DNA of 13,336 nucleotides from an uncultured delta proteobacterium. Its GTDB lineage: Bacteria > Desulfobacterota > Syntrophia > Syntrophales > UBA2185. The stretch is taken from NCBI GenBank assembly GCA_963729715.1, contig CAVSPA010000019.1:1-13336 (forward strand), given 5' to 3'. Shown piece after piece: positions 7,562 through 13,336 of the stretch. The notes beneath the pieces are model-generated. The model searched no databases. It was not told where the DNA came from and saw only the letters and a program-made list of their open reading frames with translations. Position numbers and translations under genes: made by a program. Each line of letters begins with the position of its first letter. The first letter of the stretch is position 1.

Positions 7562-8800
7562 ATGAAAAGTGTTTATGTAATCGGCGCCGGTATGATCAGA
7601 TTTAACAAGTATCCCGATAAGACAGTTCAGAGTATGGCGCATGAGGCCATTGAACTGGTTTTAAAAGATGCCGGTCTTACTAAAGAAGATATGGAAGCGG
7701 TATTTTTTGCCAATTCATTTTGGGGGATGTTTGATAATCAGCATTCCATCCGGGGTGAAGTGGTCATGCGCAATATGGGAGTCGGCAATATTCCTATTAC
7801 CAATGTGGAGAATGCCTGTGCCGGCGGTTCCACCGCCCTCCATCTGGCGTATACGGGGATTCGGGCGGGTATGTACGATGTGGCGCTGGCCATCGGGTCG
7901 GAAAAGATCACTAATCCCAATAAAGCCTTGTCCCTGGGCGCTTACGCGACCTGCATGGATGTGGGTAATTTCGCAAAGCATATAGAAAATATAATGGAAT
8001 TAAGTAAAACTTTTACCGTTAAGATTCCTGAAGACCAATCTGCTCCGGGGGAAGGGCGCAGCATTTTTATGGATGCTTATGCCATGGGCGCCCGGTGGCA
8101 CATGAGCCGTTTCAATTCAACACAGCGCCAGCTGGCGGTGATATGTTCAAAAAATCATTTCCATGGATCTCTTAATCCTTTGTCCCAGTATCAGGAGGTC
8201 ATGACTGTGGAAGAAGTTCTGGCCGCAAAACCTGTAGCCTATCCCTTAACGCGGCCCATGTGCGCCCCTGTTGGCGACGGCGCCGCGGCAGCCATCATTT
8301 GTTCGGAGAAATTTCTTAAAAAATTGACAAATGCGCGGCCTGTGCGGATCAGAGCGTCCATTCTCGGGACGGGCGCCGACCGCGACATCAACGCGCCCGA
8401 TATCGGAGAGCGCCTTGCGCATAAGGCCTATAACGCGGCGGGAGTTGATCCCAGGGATATCAATTTCGCGGAAGTTCATGATGCCACGTCGTGGGGGGAA
8501 CTCCATCAGACGGAATCCATGGGGCTCTGTCCCATGGGTGAGGGCGGACCTTTTGCGGAATCGGGAGCGACGAGGCTGGGAGGCAAAATGCCTGTCAATG
8601 TCAGCGGCGGATTGGAATGCAAGGGACATCCCATTGGCGCTTCAGGCCTTTCCCAGATTCATGAGCTTGTTACACAACTCCGGGGAGAAGCCGGAAAAAG
8701 ACAGATAGATGGGGCAAGGTTGGGACTCGCGGAAAACGGCGGCGGTAATATCGGCGTCGAAGAAGCAGCCATGGGCATTCACATATTGGAAAAGGTTTGA
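7562..8800 (+). CDS. SCP-x-type (non-specific lipid-transfer protein family) thiolase
   Basis: NVENACAGGSTA (nucleophilic Cys), DGAAA, EVHDAT, NVSGGL..KGHPIGASG, QLRGEAGKRQ and AENGGG. The start is ATG 7562, 6 nt after AGGAG at 7551-7555. Confidence 0.93.
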   Translation: MKSVYVIGAGMIRFNKYPDKTVQSMAHEAIELVLKDAGLTKEDMEAVFFANSFWGMFDNQHSIRGEVVMRNMGVGNIPITNVENACAGGSTALHLAYTGIRAGMYDVALAIGSEKITNPNKALSLGAYATCMDVGNFAKHIENIMELSKTFTVKIPEDQSAPGEGRSIFMDAYAMGARWHMSRFNSTQRQLAVICSKNHFHGSLNPLSQYQEVMTVEEVLAAKPVAYPLTRPMCAPVGDGAAAAIICSEKFLKKLTNARPVRIRASILGTGADRDINAPDIGERLAHKAYNAAGVDPRDINFAEVHDATSWGELHQTESMGLCPMGEGGPFAESGATRLGGKMPVNVSGGLECKGHPIGASGLSQIHELVTQLRGEAGKRQIDGARLGLAENGGGNIGVEEAAMGIHILEKV

Positions 8801-9008
8801 GTAAAGAACGAACAGAGAATATTTGAACCTTAGTTTATGTCAAAGTGGCTGTCCTGCGTGTGGGATCAGGATTTTTATGGTGTGTAATGGCCCCTCATCA
8901 TTCAGGGCAGGCTCCTCCTAGTGGTTGCCCCGGAAATGTAATAATAGTTTTGAGGGGCGTTATGATCTGATTCATACGGGGCGGCCACCCCTCCATTAAA
9001 GGTTCTGT

Positions 9009-9030
9009 CGCGAACAAACATTTGTTTGCG
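9009..9030. promoter_or_regulatory. Near-perfect 22-bp palindrome, putative repressor operator upstream of the Fe-S flavoprotein gene
   Basis: CGCGAACAAA-CA-TTTGTTTGCG has 9/10 arm symmetry and a 2-nt centre too short for an RNA loop. It lies just upstream of a TG-n-TATAAG extended -10-like element at 9040-9048. Confidence 0.5.
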
Positions 9031-9097
9031 GAAAAGAGATGGTATAAGAATAAATTGATAACATACGGATCAATACTTAGGGAAAGGAGTATGAGCA

Positions 9098-11560
9098 ATG
9101 ACAGGATCATTTCAACCGAGTAAGTTCACTTACATGAACGATCCGCCGGTAACCAACCGGCCGTTTTCCGTCAAGGTGGACCTGGACAAGTGCATTGGGT
9201 GTGGTGTTTGCATCAAGCAGTGTCCATGCCAGACCATAGAGATGGTTCAACGGAAAGAGGCTTCCTCAAAGCAAGAGGCCGCATGCCAGTACCGCTGTCC
9301 GGCGGGGACAGACATCAGAGGTTATATGCAGCTTCTATCCAAAGGCGGTTCGTATGAAGATGCCTGGAAGATGATCACAGCGACAAATCCCATGCCTGCA
9401 ATCACAGGAAGAGTTTGTCCGCATTTATGTGAAGATTCCTGTAACCGGTCGGGGGTGGACAGTCCGCTCAATATCCACAACATGGAACGTTTTATCGGAG
9501 ACTATGCTATCAATAAGGGTCTCGCTTTTGAAAAACCTGACAGGATCATCAAGGAAAAAGTCGCGGTTGTCGGTTCCGGTCCTTCGGGAATGTCATGTGC
9601 CTATCAGTTGGCAAAACTCGGGTATCAGGTAACAGTGTTTGAATCAGCGGCAAAACCCGGAGGTATGCTCACCTATGCCATTCCCCGCTACCGGCTTCCG
9701 GAGGCGGTTGTTGACAGCGAACTGAAACGGATCATCGACATCGGCATCACCATGAAACTGAATGTCACGATTGGCAGGGATATATCGCTCAATGATCTGA
9801 AGAAAGAGTTTAAAGCAATTTATGTGGCTTTGGGGGCACAGAACAGTACCGCCCTGGCTGTAAAGTGCGAAGATGCAAATAATGTTTATTCCGGGTCTGG
9901 CCTTTCTGAAGTCCGTAAAGGAGAATAAGCCATTCAAACCGGGGAAAAAGGTTGTCGTCGCAGGCGGCGGTAACACGGCCATTGACGCGGCCCGGACGGC
10001 CCGGAGGATGGGTTCGGAAGTAACTATTCTCTATCGCAGGACTGTCGCCGAGATGCCGGCACATAAAGAAGAGGTTGATGCAGCCATACAAGAAGGCGTG
10101 AAGATCAAATTCCTGTGCGCTCCAGTTGCAATATCGAATAATGGAAAAGAATCCACAGTGACCTGTCAGGGGATGGCGCTTGGAGAACCGGATGAATCAG
10201 GCAGACCAAGGCCGGTTCCCGTTAAAGGGAAGCAAGTTTGACATTGTTTTTGACGCGTTCATTCCTGCCATCGGGCAGGACCTTAATGCCGAAGGAGTTC
10301 GAAAATCTTATAGGCTCAACCTGGTTTTCGGTTGATAATCTGGGGCATACATCTGAAAAAGGAATCTTTTCAGGCGGCGATTCCGCAACAGGTCCTGGCC
10401 AGGTATCAGAGGCCATCGGCGCGGGGCGGAAGGCAGCCGCGGCCATAGACGCTTTTATCAGGGGAAGGGAAGCGGTATTGCCCGAGAAGAAAGAAATCAA
10501 TTACAAGGATGTGCCGCTAAGTGACCTCAAGAGAATGATCCGGAATGATACTGCCGCGATTCCGGTAGAAAAGAGGCTCAGCCAGCCTGATGCGGAGGTG
10601 TGTGTTGCATTGGACGATTCTCAGGCATCTGCGGAATGTAAGAGGTGCCTTGGCTGCGGATTGCAGGAGCCGAAATTCAGCGGAATGCCGTATTTCGGCA
10701 AAGTTTGTCTGGCGTGCCACAACTGTGAGGCTGTTTGCCCCCAGGGCGCGCTCGAATTTCCGTATTACTATCAGGTAAGCAAGGGCAGGTTTGCCTATGA
10801 TTTTGATTATCCCAAGGCCGTCGGCCTGGGCATGCCGAATCCGCTCATGCTGACTATGCCCGCACCCTTATCAGAGATCGAAGATCATATAACCGATGTG
10901 GAGAAGGTGATTTACCGGAGGCGTTCCGTACGCGTCTACAAGAAGGACCCGGTCCCGAGGGAGATGATCCAGCGGGTATTGGAGGCAGGCAGGTTTGCGC
11001 CTTCAGCCGGAAACTGCCAGGGTTGGAAGTTTGTAGTCGTTACCGATAAAAATCTGATGCACGAGATGTCGGCATCAACCATAAAATTCCTGAGCATCTT
11101 TACAAAGCTCTATCAGGGTAAGGGTCCGGGCAGGACCGCCTTAAAAAAGATGCTTGCCGTTGTGAAGCCCAACGCCATCGACCAACGGCCCATGGTAGCT
11201 ATCCAGGCCCTTATGACACCCAAATTCGGCGAAGGTCAGTTAGACTGCTTTTTCGGCGCGCCGGTTGCCATCTTCATCTTAAAACATAAGCTTCATATCT
11301 CAGATCCTGATCTGGGTATCGGGATCTGCGCACAAAACATGGTTCTTGCCGCACATTCGCTGGGGCTAGGCACCTGCTATGTGGGATTCGTTGCCACTTT
11401 GTTGAACATGGATCCGGGATCAAAGAAAAAGTTCGGGAAAAAGCTTGGCATGGAGTGGCCTTATAATACCATAGGCACGGTTCTTACCATGGGTTACCCG
11501 GCTGTTCACCTGGATAAGCCGGTGGACAGGGAATTTCCCAAGATCACATGGGTGGAGTAG
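9098..11560 (+). CDS. Multi-domain Fe-S flavoprotein: 4Fe-4S ferredoxin half + GltD/NfnB-like FAD/NAD(P)H oxidoreductase + 4Fe-4S ferredoxin half + nitroreductase. It is interrupted by three apparent +1 frameshifts (~819 aa reconstructed).
   Basis: Segments: 9098-~9893 (CIGCGVCIKQCP, CQYRCP, GRVCPHLCEDSC, VVGSGPSG, YAIPRYRL); ~9896-10227 (GLAFLKSV, VAGGGNTAIDAAR, LYRRT, GRPRPVP); ~10228-10285 in a third frame absent from the track (GSKFDIVFDAFIPAIGQDL); and ~10286-11560 (GIFSGGD, ECKRCLGCG, CLACHNCEAVCP, RRSVRVYK, APSAGNCQGW, AQNMVLAAHSLGLGTC). RBS AGGAG at 9085-9089. Confidence 0.85.
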
Positions 11561-11751
11561 ATTTTATCCCTGTGAGATTTCATCCTTCAGTCAGTGGGAG
11601 GGATTATTGATAAGATAGAAAATAAGCAGTCCTCCGGGCTTCAGGGGTGCGCAATGATCTTTTTCATCAACATCTCTGAAGCCAGGGAATGTTTATACGA
11701 TCTCCGGAGAGGGAATTTCACTTTTTGAAATCGATGGGAAAGGGGTCTTTT

Positions 11752-12709
11752 ATGGAGCATATCCTCATCACCGGTGCTTCCGGATATTTCGGGCAGAGGC
11801 TCGTGAGGCTTTTTGAAGAAAAGCCTGAAGTTAAGCGAATCACCGGGATTGACATCAGGCCTGCACAATTTATTTCAAAAAAGTACAGAGTTCATGAAAT
11901 ATGATGTCAGAGATGACCTCAAAGAAGTCTTCTCCGGCAGGAACATCGACTGCGTCATCCATACCGCCTATATCCTGCCGCCCATCCACAACATTGCCCT
12001 CATGGAAGATATCAATGTGAATGGAACAAAGAATGTCCTGAATGCGTCTGCGGCTTACGGCGTCAAACAGATTCTTGACTGCTCGTCGAGCACGGCATAC
12101 GGGTTCCATCCCGACAACCCGGAGCTCCTCACCGAGGAAAGCCCATTGAGAGGAAATGACAACTTCACCTATGCAAAGAACAAGAAGGAGTTGGAGATAT
12201 GGTCTGGGGAGTTTAAAAAGACGCACCCCGATATTCTCATGACAGTCATACGTCCCTGCTTTGTGGCAGGTCCCGGATTCAACAATCCACTGTCCCGGCA
12301 TCTGCGCAAAAAAATTTGCATTCTTCCGCTTCCAACCGCCCCGTTCCAGTACATCCACGAAGACGATCTGGTAGAGATCATGTACCTCCTGCTGAAGAAT
12401 AAAAAGACAGGGGTGTATAACCTCGCAGCCGACGGCACCATGACCTTTGATGAGATGCTCCGCATCCTGGGCGGATGGCCTTTGAAAATACCCGTATGGC
12501 TTCTGTGGCCTATGAACAATCTCATGTGGCGTCTGCGTGTTAGATTCATGACCGAGTTCCCCAGCTCGAGCCTCAATCTTATTCGCTATCCCTGGATAGC
12601 AAGCAATGACAAGGTCAAGAAGGAGCTTGGATATAAATTTAAGTATACAACACGGTCGGCCTTTGAAGATTTCGCCATGCATGTGAAGGCAAATGGCAAA
12701 AGCCGATAA
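11752..12709 (+). CDS. Extended SDR / NAD-dependent epimerase-dehydratase family protein (3-beta-HSD-like fold), with one apparent +1 frameshift at ~11877-11884 (~318 aa reconstructed)
   Basis: The N-terminus MEHILITGASGYFG...ITGIDIR (Rossmann TGxxGxxG) is in one frame. It continues as TEFMKYDVRDDL...VIHTA...NVNGT...SSSTAYG...YAKNK (YxxxK)...YIHEDD...GVYNLA in the +1 frame. The junction is at the A6 run 11877-11882. Confidence 0.88.
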
Positions 12710-12728
12710 GCGAGAAAACGAAAAATAG

Positions 12729-12749
12729 CCCTTCTCGCCGGGAGAAGGG
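12729..12749. terminator. GC-rich hairpin after the SDR gene (terminator-like; the U-tract is only on the minus strand)
   Basis: CCCTTCTC-GCCGG-GAGAAGGG, an 8-bp perfect stem 20 nt after the stop. It is preceded by an A-rich tract and not followed by Ts on the + strand. Confidence 0.4.
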
Positions 12750-12852
12750 GAGTAACTGTTGAAGGCAGACCTGATCTGCCGGCAGGGATGATAAAATTAC
12801 CCGATATTGAAGATAAGAAAATATTTGAAAGGAGAAATAAAGGAGAAGCATT

Positions 12853-13336
12853 ATGAAGACGGGAATAAAAATTCTGACAGGTATTGGAATTCTGATTGTT
12901 GCGATACTTATCCTGACGGGCATCAACATCCTTCAAAACGGTATCGGCGGACAAGATGGCCGGAGTGTGGAGAAGATCCTGGGGGTGCCTCCGGAAAAAG
13001 CAACTCTGGCCGACATAGAAAAACTTTCGAAGTCTGATGTCATGCAACTCTTTTACGCGGCTTCGCCACCTGAGTTCTCAAAAGTCAACGGCGAATACAA
13101 AGCCAAAATACTTCAACTTGGTGTCATGGGACCGATCGCTCCATTTTATACAAAATATCTTCTCGGTCCCGGTGACTGGAAGGGCAAGGCGTTTTATCCA
13201 TTCGAAAAGAATGGCGGATGGGGCTACAACCTTTGGGGAATCAAGAAAAACGGACAGCCGAAGATCATTCGCACACTCAAGATGAAAACATTTATCGGGA
13301 AATCACGGCTTGATGACAGGGATTCCTTTCAGCTTG
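12853..13336 (+). CDS. Membrane-anchored/exported hypothetical protein (GXWXG-like motifs), 3'-truncated by the window edge
   Basis: Not in the ORF track. AAGGAG RBS, ATG 12853, and the frame is open to the end: MKTGIKILTGIGILIVAILILTGINILQNGIGGQDGRSVEKILGVPPEKATLADIEKLSKSDVMQLFYAASPPEFSKVNGEYKAK...GPGDWKGKAFYPFEKNGGWGYN...KTFIGKSRLDDRDSFQL. It has a basic N-terminus followed by a hydrophobic helix. Confidence 0.85.
   Translation, partial: MKTGIKILTGIGILIVAILILTGINILQNGIGGQDGRSVEKILGVPPEKATLADIEKLSKSDVMQLFYAASPPEFSKVNGEYKAKILQLGVMGPIAPFYTKYLLGPGDWKGKAFYPFEKNGGWGYNLWGIKKNGQPKIIRTLKMKTFIGKSRLDDRDSFQL

Noticed and set aside
8889..8988. HDV-like ribozyme reading of the interleaved helices
   Set aside because: The topology is loosely similar, but the conserved L3, P1.1 and J4/2 catalytic nucleotides and the spacing do not fit.
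10239..10241. TGA inside the Fe-S flavoprotein as possible selenocysteine or readthrough
   Set aside because: The conserved GS.F....D..I.AIGQ motif begins in a different frame before the TGA, so this is a frameshift. The position is not a Cys site.
9893..10297. Programmed ribosomal frameshifting in the fusion gene
   Set aside because: Three consecutive +1 events without recognisable slippery sites or stimulators are implausible.
12744..12800. AAGGGGAGTAAC resembling the start of a yybP-ykoY manganese riboswitch
   Set aside because: The downstream conserved elements (CGUCAAUAC-like loop, GCAAGACC) are absent, and the G-run is explained by the hairpin arm.
12807..13285. ORF-track calls 12807..13037 and 13037..13285
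   Set aside because: They are wrong-frame overlaps of the real gene starting at 12853, which has an RBS and is open to the window end.
1..13336. CRISPR arrays, tRNA/rRNA, transposases, integrases, defence genes
   Set aside because: I saw no repeat-spacer periodicity, cloverleaf, or mobile-element or defence protein motifs.

Overview
All genes in this window lie on the + strand. They form a regulated cluster for catabolism of a hydrophobic carboxylic acid (lipid- or steroid-like), probably from an anaerobe such as a Desulfobacterota/Syntrophales-type organism (inference from gene content). Gene order: 3' end of a TetR-like regulator; a cytoplasmic PAS-PAS histidine kinase; an NtrC-type sigma54 activator; a textbook sigma54 promoter with an IHF site; a stand-alone SCP2 lipid carrier; an acyl-CoA ligase; an acyl-CoA dehydrogenase; an SCP-x-type thiolase; a large Fe-S flavoprotein; an extended SDR; and a membrane-anchored hypothetical protein running off the right edge. 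The main finding is 9098-11560. The ORF track shows three ORFs there, but they reassemble through three +1 frameshifts (one ~20-codon segment is missing from the track) into one ~819-aa protein. In it, a circularly permuted GltD/NfnB-type NADPH:FAD Fe-S module is inserted between the two CxxCxxCxxxCP halves of a ferredoxin-nitroreductase. The predicted cofactors are FAD, 4x[4Fe-4S] and FMN. A fourth +1 frameshift splits the SDR. All four are more likely sequencing errors than real lesions.
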